Below are positions 39,447 to 51,256 of a stretch of DNA of 64,000 nt, in pieces. This DNA is from Cycas panzhihuaensis (lineage: Eukaryota > Plantae > Cycadophyta). How positions within the stretch are numbered: the stretch's first letter is position 1; each line of letters opens with the position of its first letter. Position numbers and translations under genes: made by a program. The notes beneath the pieces are model-generated. The model was not told where the DNA came from. It did not search any database and saw nothing but the letters and a program-made list of their open reading frames with translations. The stretch spans positions 191,401,741 through 191,465,740 of the forward strand of contig CM041465.1 in NCBI GenBank assembly GCA_023213395.1, read 5' to 3'.

Positions 39447-39752
39447 CCGGTCTTTCATCCGCCACTTCGATACTAACCCGATCTCGACGGGTCCACGAGG
39501 CACAACGGCTTTGCATGCATCATGCCTCAAATCAGAAAGGTAAATGCCCTGGGGGAAATCAACCATACTAGTGCTGCCGCCCGACTCCCTCCTCAAGTCA
39601 GGAACCGATTCTTCATTCTCGAACGGGGTTAACGCTCGCCTAACAGCCGCTTGCTCATTCAAGTGATTTGGCGGTGAAGATATCACCACCGTTTCAACCA
39701 TGGTCCTCTCTTCAAACCCCGGTTTCGACACAACCAGATCCCCCAGTGCCAT
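39447..39752 (-). CDS. RAPTOR: First coding exon (102 codons) of Regulatory-associated protein of TOR
   Basis: MALGDLVVS...TSMVDFPQGIYLSDLRHDA...EIGLVSKWRMKDR matches the plant RAPTOR N-terminus as I recall it (Arabidopsis MALGDLMVS...TSMAYLPQTIVLCELRHDA...EIVLVPKWRLKER-MKTGC). The frame is intact, CpGs are retained, and a phase-0 donor CGG|GTATGT follows at 39446. Confidence 0.93.
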
Positions 39753-39779
39753 TTACTTCTGTCAGTATCAAACTCCCCG

Positions 39780-39832
39780 TCAATTATAAAGCATTAGCCA
39801 CTGGGACTTTCTCCACTGCTCGATCCAAACAT
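39780..39832 (-). promoter_or_regulatory. Two overlapping upstream ORFs in the RAPTOR leader (MFGSSSGESPSG* 39832-39794; MLYN* 39794-39780)
   Basis: Read directly; joined by a TAATG stop/start overlap; the second stop is 27 nt before the main ATG. Confidence 0.65.
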
Positions 39833-39875
39833 TTCTTCTGCGTCCTTTTGGCCAAATCCAACAGTCGTGCTCAAT

Positions 39876-40087
39876 CTACAATGAAGTACTAACCCTTGGG
39901 GATCATTACGTTATGCTCTACCTTGTGTCAAGTATTTGAAATTTAGGTATTTATCATTCGCAGTAACACCGCTGCTCAAACAAAGCATGCAAAGGAAGTG
40001 GTTCTCCTTCTTTGTCAGTCAGACCGACAAATCAATCCCAGCCGCCATTGCTCAGGCAAATACCAGAACCAGCTAAGACGAAAATAC
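39876..40087 (-). other. Predicted 212-nt intron in the RAPTOR 5' UTR
   Basis: Donor AAG|GTATTT at 40088/40087, acceptor TTCATTGTAG| at 39876; lower GC and U-rich between two GC-richer blocks. Confidence 0.55.
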
Positions 40088-40560
40088 CTTTCATGAAACG
40101 GGAGCTTAGGAACTTCGGACCACTTTGTGCGCCAAGAAACTCGGCCACGCTCCCAATTGGAGACTGGAATGTGTGCTCTCCGCGCTGCTGGTTCGGAAAC
40201 GGTCGGTCGCCTGAGAATCTGAGACGTTCCTCAACTGTCTGGCACGACGAAGGGTTTAGAGAGACCAAGTCTCTCGTTCACCACAAATATACGACTGAGT
40301 CCAGGAAGAAGAAGGGAACATTATTAACCAGAGAACCATTAAATATGAGATGAGCTGTCATCGGCTGGATGGTCCGTCCGAACGGAAAGTGCCGGCCAGC
40401 TTTGTCTGCACCGCCACGTAGGACAACGTTTTGAGGGGAGTCGACCATTACGAATCACGCCGTATACATCGTTTGCACTCGTGCATTGACGGCGGCAGGA
40501 AGCCGCCGTAGCCGACTTTCCTCGTATAATAACACAACAAATTTATAACTTCGAGAAGTT
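40088..40560 (-). promoter_or_regulatory. CpG-rich core promoter and first non-coding exon of RAPTOR
   Basis: The most CpG-dense block in the window; TATTTAA at 40345-40339; 16-nt pyrimidine tract TTCCCTTCTTCTTCCT at 40318-40303; telo-box-like TAAACCCT at 40258-40251; CCACGT ACGT-core at ~40414-40419. Confidence 0.65.
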
Positions 40561-41992
40561 ATTCCCTTGCGTCTCATCAAGTTGCGCTTGACATTGGGGC
40601 ATACGCATATTAGCAAGCGCCCACCAAGGGAGGATTCCCTCCTTTTATTTACGCATCTAGCAGTTTACGAAAGATTCCTCTCTTTTGGTTGAAAGGAAAG
40701 TCACTTTACAAAAGAATAATTCTTATGAGGGTATTCATTATTAATATCTTCCAGATTCAATATCAACATGGATATGTGCTTTGGTTCTCTTATTTCTTAG
40801 CTAGAGGGTTCTTATAGGCTTTTCATAGAAAGAATCATGTAATAGCAAGAGTAATTAAGAAGTCTCCTGTCAAAATCTCAATAACTAAGTTATGATAAGT
40901 AAGTTAGAGTAATATGTGCCTTAGAATGTCCCACTCTAGTGATTTCATATGATTTGATATTATTTATTAATGTTGACTTAAGAAGAAAATAAGAGGTCTT
41001 TTATTAGAAAATTTAACTACAAGACCAACCATAATACTTTAAAAGCTTAATGAACCCTTTCTAAAATCCTTAATCTTTTAGGAATAGTTTGTGTTATTGT
41101 GTTTTAATTAATTAACATATCTTTAGTTAATAACCATTAACTAACCTTAGAGAATTGAAGAGGTTTGGCATGTAAATTTCTAGTTCAATTCTTATGGAGT
41201 TGAATCACTTCCATCCATTACTGTAAGTAAGTCTTAATATCATAGGCTAGAAGAGTAGTTTTGAAAATTTGGGGCTTAATCATATAAGGATTGTAGCTTG
41301 TCAAAGTTAGTCATAATAATTAATTAAAAAGGGATGTAGTTACTTATCAAATCCTTGGTAATTTAATTTTCAACATAATAATAAAAGGGGGACTTTTGAA
41401 TTTAATTCAATGCCCTTCTATTTTGTTCATTTTCAATATCAAGAGTATAAATTTGGGTCTTATATTAGGTTTTATGATCCCTTATAACATGTGCATTAAC
41501 TGACCATATTATAAAAGACCATAAATGATTAAAAAATTACATGTTTATCTTTGTGTTTGAGTACAAGAAAATTAACAAAAAGGAGTTTAGATGAGTTAAA
41601 CAGCAATTGGAGCCACTTGATGCCAGTTAACAGGTAAGAATTGTTGAGTGTGAGTAATGTGATGAGCCTATAGGCTTAAAAAAAGAAACAAAGATATAAG
41701 AAAGTTAAATGGACCATAAGAAAGGCATCACTTAAAAAGTAAAGAAAACTTTTAAAAACACTTTTGTAAGCTATTAAATAAGAATACTCTTATAAAATAC
41801 ATAATTGCATAACTAAAGTAAGTTATGGTTATTCATCCAGTAACAACTTTAATATAAGTAATTGGATTTATAAATATTAATGGATTTTACTAAATTATAA
41901 CCTTCTCTAAGGTCCTCTGGCATTAAAAGCCTCATGGTATATGTCATGGGCCTATACATACACTTCCTTCCCATAGCTTTTGTAAGACTTTA

Positions 41993-42570
41993 GTAGAATA
42001 TTATCATGTATGATTAGTTAGTTTGGCTTATTATGCTTGATCCTAAACGTAAACTTTTACTCGCAATCATGTGAAATAAAATATTATTATTTATCCATGC
42101 AACAAATGTTATCGAATGATAACATATGTAAGGATTCTTAAAAAATAAAGGGCAATATAATAAGGCATTTCTTATATACATTATACATTTGCTATCATTA
42201 AGTATTTTTAACACATACTTTTCATATATACATCATATGCAGAAGTTATTATTAAAAGACTGCCTACATATCATGAAAAAGCGAATTGAAGCTTAAAATT
42301 AACTTTGGCCCATTTTCATGTATTATGTAAAATATTATCATATATGATTAGTTAGTTTGGTGTATTATCAAATTTATGTTTGATCCTAAAGATATAATTT
42401 TAGTCACTATCATGTGAATAAAATATTATTATTTATGCATGCAACAAATGTCTTAAAATGATAGCATACACAAGGATTCTTAAAAAACAAAGGCTAATAT
42501 AATAAGGCATTTCTTATATACATTATACATTTTCTATCATTAAGTATTTTTAACACATACACATACTTTT
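41993..42570. repeat. Diverged tandem duplication (period ~334 bp) with a further partial copy at ~50151-50241
   Basis: aatattatcat.tatgattagttagtttgg...aataaggcatttcttatatacattatacattt.ctatcattaagtatttttaacacatac occurs twice; the 42225-42320 part recurs just right of the LINE. Confidence 0.85.
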
Positions 42571-44196
42571 AGTACTTTGAATGGCTAATGTGCATCCTTA
42601 TTATAATAACATATGGTGTAAAGCCACAAGTGCTTCAATGCAACAATCTTTTACTTATAGGCAATAATAGGTCTTCCATAAGATTTAGCTATTTACCAAT
42701 GTGGAGAAAGTAGCTACACTCTACCACTTTGATTAACCTTTGTAATAATTCATTTATATAAAATTTATCATTGTTAAGTAAATTATGATAAATACATGTA
42801 GCATAAATATTATTAAAAATATATTTTGGATAAAAGCATTTGTATTAAGGTACATATTAAAATGAGGAAGATGGATGATAAAGGAAAGTTTGACATAGAT
42901 TCTTAGTTTGTCATTCAAGAAGCAAATAAATTTTGAGATGTAAAGGCATACTTATAGAAATATACCAAAAACAAATAATATTATATATTAATAAATGTAA
43001 AAAATATATATTGTTAGAAACAAAAAGATTATGATTTTATGGAAACTTTAGTAATAAATAAACCTTTATAACAATTAAAGTGTAAATTATGAATTTGATT
43101 CAAGTGTAGTCATGTGTGAAAATATAATATTAAAGATTACACATATAGTTAACCATTACCCAACTCTGCCTATTTAAAGTTAAGTAAATCTATAAGACAA
43201 GATTGTGTATGTGTGTGTGTGTATAAGGGATTATAATAAAATTAATTTCAATCTATTAAATGTTATTCTATTTTAACATTAAAAAAATAGATTTATGAGT
43301 AAAAAATCAATGGTGTCAATAAATAATAAAAAAGGATGTGATGAAACCAAAATTGAAATGGAAAGAAAGTTTATTGAATTATAGTAGAAAATTATAACAA
43401 AAGCATCCTTGGCCCAAAGGCTACCTAAAGGAATAAATTACAAATTAAAATAAACTTGTGCTTCTAAAATCCAATGAGTAAACATTTGTATAGTACCTTA
43501 CTTTGATTATTTTGATTCTCTTAAATTCTATTTAAAGTGAATATTTTTCTTAAGTTGTGAGAATGCAACCTTGGTTTAATTATTTCAATCCTTTCTAATT
43601 CCATTTAAAGTCAATATTTTTTTAGGATGTGGGAACACAACAAAGGAAGAGCAACATTGCAAACATATCTCTATTTTTTATTTTTTACTCATGATAGGAA
43701 ATCTCAATTATTAGATCGTTATTATCATGATCCCCACAACATAGGGATAATATGGCTTAGTTAATACAATAGGTTAATGTTATTGGTTAAGAATAATAAA
43801 GTTAACAGTTAATGTTTATGTAGAATTAGAATGATAAAATAATAAGGAAGTGAGTTAAAGTTAATAGAATCAATAGGTTGGGTTGTCCCCCCAGTCAAGT
43901 AGGGACGGAGGCAAGGCAAACTCAGGAAAGGATTTCCGGGCATCTTAGGAGGGTCTTTGGATATACTAGTTCCTAGATCTGTGTCGACAGGGGGAGCATT
44001 TTGTTGCTTGGGGATGGAAGCAACTTAGTGAAGGGGATGAACGGCTCCCTTCCAGACCAGATGAAGAAAGAAGAGGAGGTAAACAAACCAGTGAGAAGGG
44101 TAGAGGCTGAGGCTGTTATTGTTGAATCTAGGACCATGGTAAATCCCTGCCACCCTTGCATGGGGTTTATTTTTTGTACTATACAATAGATTAAGT

Positions 44197-45715
44197 ATGG
44201 ATAAAGACCTGACACTTCAAAACCAGAACCAGAACCCCAATCCTTCACTGGGGAGATCTTACTGTGATGTGCTGAGAGCAAATGAGGAAGAAACATATGA
44301 TTTAACACCTGTGATACAGGATAATAAGGTTAGATTAAAAATTCCACAGGCCTTAGTAGAGAAAACTGAGAAATATTAGGAGAACTGCCTTGTCGGCAGA
44401 TTCTTTGGACCCAGGCTGGGGTTGGAAACCATCAGGAGCTAGATAAGGATCAAATGGAAAACGGTATGTAATGTGGAAGTAATAGCTATGCCAAAGGGCT
44501 ACGTTTTATTTAAATTTCTATCCTACGAGGATATGACCAATATTCTCCTAAGGGCCCCATGGATTCTTGGTAGAAAGGCCTTATCCCTTGAAAAATGGCA
44601 TAGGGATTTTAATCCTTCCATTCCCAAAATCAGGCAAGCACCCATATGGATCCAATTGCTGAGTCTCCCCTTACTCCACTGGATCCCCGAAGTGCTAAAA
44701 GGAATCGCAAAAGTTGTGGGACCTCTTCTAGTAGCAAACTCGGTGACTAAGAATAGAAGCAGACTTATAAATGTCAGATTCTGCGCCCTGGTCAGGATCG
44801 ACAAACCTCTTTTGGATGATCTATGGATTGATATGGAGGATGGGAGTTGGGCACAACCATTGGTTTACGAAATGGAGCATTTCATATGCTCTCTATATAG
44901 AAATCTAGGCAACCTACCCCAGAAATGTCTAGGTGTGAAGATCTCAATGGGTGGGAAGCAAGAGGACTCCATAGAGTCAAAACCCCAAGAGGCGACAGAC
45001 TCTATAGAGATAAGGATGAAAGGGTAAACATAAGAGATTCAACGAAATATTGAGGCACCTGAAGCTACAAAGGACTGAGCTGGGTACCCTCCAGAACCGC
45101 ATAACATCCCACCCTTAAATCTTGGATTTGATCCCAATGAGGAGGACACTCTCTTAGAGGAAGGGGAGTAGGTAGCTCAGGACTCATAGGCTTCAGCGCG
45201 CTCGGAAGGGGATGGCAGCCTAGGGGCTCTCACTTCAGTTGGGCCAGGAACCTCGGCCCAATACACCTTATCACACATGGTCGACCCCCAGAAGAAGAAA
45301 CGTGAAGTGGGCACTGACATGGGGGTGGATATGCCTCCCCTGAATAAGGAGGACTCTCTCTCAGATGTTGGAGTACAGGTAGCTCAAGAATCAGAGGCCC
45401 CGGTGCGGCTGGATGGGGATGAAGGCCTTGGGGTGCCCACTTAAGTGGGGCTAAGGACGTCGACCCAATACACCTTAGCACATTCGGTTGCGACCAAAAA
45501 GAAGCCATCGGATGTAGGAGCTGAGAAGAGGGTGGGCAGGCCCCCCCCTAAAACTGCTCAGAGAAAGAGAGGTGGCTGCCCAAGTGGATCAAGGCAACCT
45601 GAAAACCCTAAACGATGCCTTCCTTGAAAGGCCCATTCTCATATCTAGAACAAAAGGTAGAGACCCACCGAAAGGTGAAACCGTTGAAGTATGGAAGCAA
45701 AGAAGAAAAAGATGA
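44197..45715 (+). pseudogene. LINE ORF1 (DUF4283/RRM-like plus zinc-knuckle remnant)
   Basis: SY.DVL, CLVGRF, KGYVLFKF..EDM..ILLRAPW.LG...L.LEKW..DF.P, PIWIQL..LP..W; several in-frame stops. Confidence 0.85.
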
Positions 45716-48700
45716 AAATTATATCGTGGAATGTTAGGGGACTGAACGCCCCCTCGAAATAAAGAATTATCAAGGATATGAGGGACATATACCACCCAGA
45801 TTTAATGTTTTTACAGGAGACAAAGCTAAGCAAGGAGAATGGTCTAAGGATAAAAAAATAAAATCTGGAGGAAAGCAGGGGGCATAGAAGTTTACTATGC
45901 TCAAGGAGTTGGGGGTTTAATGGTGTTATGGGATCTAAATGTTTGGTTCGAAGAAATTTATTTAGCTAAGGAATCATTTGTTTCTTTGTGGCTAACTAAC
46001 AAAAGCAACAATCTAAGATGGCTAGCCACTAATATCTATGCCCCAAACCTTCAAGATGCTAGGAAGAGGATATGGGACAGAATATTGGAAGTCCACAGGG
46101 ATTGCAGAGCCCCATGGCTTTTGGTAGGGGACTTCAATACGGCATTGTGCCCAGGGGATAAAAGAGGGGGTACAGTAGGTTGGACTAGTAGTATGAGCAA
46201 GTTTGGAGGCTTCCTGCAACAGGGGGGTTTGGAGGACGTCAAGCTTAGGGGTGCTTCATACACCTGGTCCAATAAGCGTTTGCAGGATTGTCTAATACAA
46301 ATCAGACTGGATAGGGTGTTGGTCAACTATGATTGACTGGGGTGTTTTAAGGACTTCACCCTAGAGGTTCTACTGAGGATTAGTTCAGATCATTCCCCTC
46401 TCCTGTTTCAATTCTCAAATCTGGGAAAATACATTGGATCTCCTTTCAGGTTCGAAATGATGTGGCTTCGACACCCTGATATCTGAAACAAGATTGAGGA
46501 ATGGTGGGGTGTTCAAATACGTGGCCATGCCATGTATAGATTTTTGAAGAAATTAGACTGGGTAAAAAGGCAAGTGAAAGTATGGAATAAGGAAGTCTTG
46601 CGAAACATCCATGAACTCAAGGACAAAACCATCTACGATCTGAAAGAAACATAGGATAGGATACAGTGAGAGGGCAGATCCCTAGATCTAGATAAGACAG
46701 AGAAGGAATTAGTTGAAAACTTATAGGAGATTCTCACCAAAGAGGAAATCCACTGGAGACAAAAATCCAGGGCATTATGGTTGGTTGAAGGTGATAAAAA
46801 CACTAAATTTGTCTATATGACCACAACTAAGCATAGAGCGAGCAACAGAATAACTAACCTTCAAAGGGAAGACGGCTCAGTAGTGAGCTCTACATAAGAC
46901 ATGAAGGAATTGGCTAGAGATTATTTCAAGGATCTATATACTAAACCGCAGGATGGTGATAAGGATAGAAGGAAGGATTTCCTAAGAAACATTCCCAGTT
47001 TGGTGAACGAATCCCAAAATACATGGTTGACAGCTCCTTTTACTCAGGATGAGGTTAGACTAACTCTCTTTGGTATGAAGAGAGGCAAAGCTCCGGGCCC
47101 TGATGGATTTCCTCCAAGGTTCTTTCAAGAATTTTGGGATATCATAAAGGGCGACCTTATGGAGGCTCTACAAGAATTCTATGTATATCATAAGGTTCTA
47201 CAAGAATGGCAGGCTACATTCCTTGTCCTTATCCCTAAAAAAGAAGGGGTGAAGAGAATGGAGAAGTGCCATCCCATTAGTCTCTATAATGTTAAATATA
47301 AGATTATAACTAAGGTTATGGCCAATAGATTAAAGAAAATCATGCCAAATATTATCTCTCAGAATCAGGATGGTTTCCTTCAAGGAAGACAGATCTATGA
47401 CAGCTTCATAGTGGTCCATGAAATAATTCATTCGGTTAGGGAAATGAAGGAGCCCGCGATGCTCATTAAGATTGACCTCACAAAGGCCTTTGATAGGGTC
47501 TCCTAGGAGTGCCTTTTAGATTATCTAGAGGCATTTAGCTTTAGGGATTTATGGCAGACTTGGATCAAGCTCTGCATAGGTAAACCGCAATTCTTAATCA
47601 TTATCAACGGCTCCTCTTCCAGATTTTTCCTAGGCTTTAGGGGATTGAGACAAGGTGATCCTCTTTCTCCCTTTCTCTATATAATTATGGCTGAAATATT
47701 GGGTAGAGCTATAGAGGCAGCTAGAAGATAAGGGATTATCAAAGGTATAAACCAACATCGCAGGTGGACAATGTGGTCCACCACCAATTCGTTGATGATA
47801 ATATCTTCTTAGGGAAGGCAACCATTAAAGAGGTATCTAAATTTAAGGAGATCTTGGGATATTTTGAGAGGGCTACGAATTAGAAGACCAACTTGAACAA
47901 AAGTAATGTCTACTTCATAAATACCCTGGGGGGCACCCAAAGTAGGATCAGCAGGATTTTAGGGATGGGTATTAAGAAGCTCCCCATAACTTACCTTGGT
48001 ATGCCTCTCTTCAAAGGTAAGATGACTATGGAAATGTGGAGCCCCCTCATCGACAGGATGTAAAGGAAGTTGGCTGGTTGGAAAGGTACTCTTTTAAGTC
48101 TAGCGGGGAAGCTCTAACTAGTCGCTTCTACGCTTAAGAGTATCCCAGTATACTGGATGACCATTTTCAGAATGCCGTCTGGAATCTCGGCTACTATAGA
48201 AACCATCCAAAAGAGATTTCTTTGGTTCGGGGCAGAGGACAAAGACAGGATACACCTGGTGAGCTAGAATAAAGTCTGTACTCTGAAATGGGTTGGAGGC
48301 CTAAATCTCAGAAGGATTCCATCTTTCAATGCTGCTCTCGGGGCCAAGCTGGGTTGGCATCTAGTCAAAGGGGGAGAGAGACTGTGGGAGAGGAATCTCA
48401 CATGGAAATTTCTTCAAGGTGGTTATCTCATCAAAAACCCTACTCCTTCGATAGGCTCAACCATTTGGAGGAGCATCCTTAAAGCATGGAAAGCTATAAG
48501 AGAAGGCCTAAAATGGAGATTAGGAGATGGTAGCTCCATTAAGTTCTGGGAGGACGTGTGGTGTTGTGATAAGGCCTTAAAGCAATATCTTGATCTAGCA
48601 CATATCCAAGACCCATATGTTAGGTTATATGGATCCCACGTAAAGGACTATTGGACTAGGATAGGAAGAGATAGAAGTTGAAAAAACTTTGAGGAATTCC

Positions 48701-49908
48701 AGGGGGAGCAGCCACTTCAAGAAGGTCTTTACAAAATCAAAAGGATTCTAGGTAAAAGCTATATCCCTAGGACATCATCCCGAGACTCAGTTGTGTGGCC
48801 CTTAAGGCCTTATGGGGAGTATACTACTAAACAGGGTTATCACTTTTTATGCCTAGTGAGAGGAGACCAGAGGAATGAAATACTAGAAGGTGTTTGGAAG
48901 CTCTCACTTATCCCCAAGATCGTAACTTTTTGGTTGATCTGTTTAAGGAACAAAATTCTTACTGTGGATAACCTCAAAAAGAGAGGTTTCCACCTGCCTA
49001 ACATGTGTATTCTATGTTGTAAAGAGGAAGAATCCATGGACCATATCTTACTTGGGTGTCCATACTCAAGAGAGGTATAGGGGCTGCTATTGGGCAAACT
49101 AGAGGTGTGCTGGATCTTTTCCGAAAAGGTTGCTGATCAATGGCCTGCCTGGAAAAGCCTGTTCAAAAGTAAAGTCTTAAGTTGTATTTGGAAGAGTGCA
49201 TTCCCGATACTGCTGTGGAATATTTAGAAGGAAAGAAATAGAAAAAATTTCTAGGGGAAATAGATGGACCAGTATGCTACCTTCAAAAAAATTTGTATGG
49301 ACATTAGGGAGAATGTTAGAAACATTAAGGAGAAACACACCACCTTGACAGAGAATAAGATCCTGCTAAAGTGGGGCATAGAGCTAGTATATGAGGCTGT
49401 AAAGGTTAGATGTAGCAGTTGGCTATCTCCTGAGGAGTCCTGGCTAAAACTCAATTTTGACGGAGCTTCAAAAGGGAACCTCAGAGAAGGTGGGGGAGGG
49501 GGCATTTGCAGAGATAACCTTGGAAACCCTATTTAGGCCTTCGTGGATTATTATGCTCACCAAATGAACCACTTTGCAGAAATGTATGCTATGTTCAAAG
49601 CTATTGATTTATCCCTTGAAGAAGGTACTAGGCAATTGGTAATCGAGGGAGATTCAGAGACGATCAGTAATTTGCTGAAAGGCTCAGCCCTCCTGGACTG
49701 GAGATTTTAGTCCATGATCAGTGATGTGAAGGAGAGTCTTAAGGGTCTAGAAGAAGTCTGTATAAGGCACACGCTGAGAGAAGGAAACAAAGCGGCTGAC
49801 TTTTTGGCAAATTGGGGGGTTAGGCAAAAGGAAGACACCATGTGGAGGTTTGACTTTCCAGAGGATCTTATGGTTCTAGTTGAGAAGGATAGGGTCCAAG
49901 ATAGCTAG
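45712..49908 (+). pseudogene. LINE ORF2 (APE endonuclease, RT, zf-RVT, C-terminal RNase H-like domain)
   Basis: MKIISWNVRGLN, LQETK, GDFN, RLDRVL, SDHSP, KAPGPDG, KIDLTKAFDRV, GLRQGDPLSP, YLGMPL, CILC..EEES.DH.LL.C, WLKLNFDGASKGN, IEGDS, HTLREGNKAADFLAN; many premature stops. Confidence 0.95.
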
Positions 49909-50924
49909 CCATGGGGCTTGTCCTGGCGATGTAGTTCCTATGCCTAGACCGTGGGGATGTCACGATCATCTTTGACTGAGAAGCCTAAAGATTATTGATG
50001 TACTAGGTTATGGGATCCTGTTTCAAACCCACTTATAATTCAATTTTACCTTATAAAAAAAAAAATAGAATCAATAGGTTGAAATTAATTAATGATTAAC
50101 ATGAATTGTGAGCAATTAGCTTATGAAATGGTTCAAAAGGTTTGTATAACATATATCATATGCATAAGTTATTACTAAAAGACTATTTACATGTCATGAA
50201 AAAGTAAACAAAAGCTTGAAAATAACTTTGGCCCCTTTTCCTTTAAAAGTTTAAGTCACATGGATGCCACTTAAATGGCTATGGATTGATGTATTAAGGG
50301 GTTTTACAGACTCCAAATGAAATTGTAATATAATTTAATAAAATCAAAAGTTTATTTAAAAAAAAAACATACCACCAAAATTGATTTTAACTCATGTTAA
50401 TGATGATACTAAAAAAATTGATGACTATATGGTTTTTTAGTGGATCGAGCTTTAACTAGGTTAATCAAACACATATTTGGAATAAAAATAATACGACATC
50501 CCTAAAACTCAAAAAAGAAAAAAAGATTAAAACATTGGAAAGTGGAAAAATCTCTAATATTAGCATTGCCAGTCAATGTAAGTTACATGAGTTACTTAGA
50601 TCAAAAAGAAACTTTGCAATCTTTCGATAGCCTTTCCATGAGAAAATAAGATATAAATAGGGTCATGTAGAGATGCCAAGGAATCCACATAAGTTGAGAT
50701 CGTATAAGGAGTCACCATAGAAATTAAAAAATCATTAAGAGGGCTAATGATGTCCTATATGAGCTAAAAGAGAAATTATCATAGAACAAGAGAGGGTTGA
50801 CAAAATGCCCAAAAAAGGGAGAGGGCGGGGGGGGGGGGCAATGAAAAAAAGACTTTCAAATGTCATTTAAAAGTAAGGAGGATGCCCAATTATATATAAT
50901 AAGATTAATTCCAAGATGCCCTTC

Positions 50925-51256
50925 TATTAGGTTTAATGTTCATTACTCTATATTAATATGTATACAAAGGACCTTAGGAACATGCAACCCACCACCAGTT
51001 GTCTACAAGTTATCATTTGGTTAATGTATATTTATTTATTTTTGGTTTATTATTATTTTATGTTTTTGAATTGTGTCAATTGAAAATATAAGAGGTCCTC
51101 AACCGACACAATTCAAAAACATAAAATAATAATAAACCAAATAAAATAAACATACCTGAACCAAATGATGGCTTGTGGACAGGTGGTGGTGACCCGCATA
51201 TTCCTAAGATCCTTTGTGCACATATTAATATAGGGTAATAAATATTAAACTTAACA
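50925..51256. repeat. 332-bp inverted repeat (arms 50925-51077 and 51105-51256) made of two LTR halves
   Basis: tgtttttgaattgtgtc (51061-51077) is the exact reverse complement of gacacaattcaaaaaca (51105-51121); complementarity continues out to tattaggtttaatg / tattaaacttaaca. Confidence 0.93.

Larger units (their letters stand above)
43881..50063 (+). mobile_element. Full-length L1-clade LINE, inactivated
   Basis: Perfect 18-bp TSD AATAGAATCAATAGGTTG at 43863-43880 and 50064-50081; 3' poly(A); ORF1 and ORF2 domains in order. Confidence 0.97.

Noticed and set aside
40012-40353. 113-aa (+) and 78-aa (-) ORFs in the promoter region
   Set aside because: Non-ATG starts, no recognisable family; expected by chance in GC-rich leader DNA.
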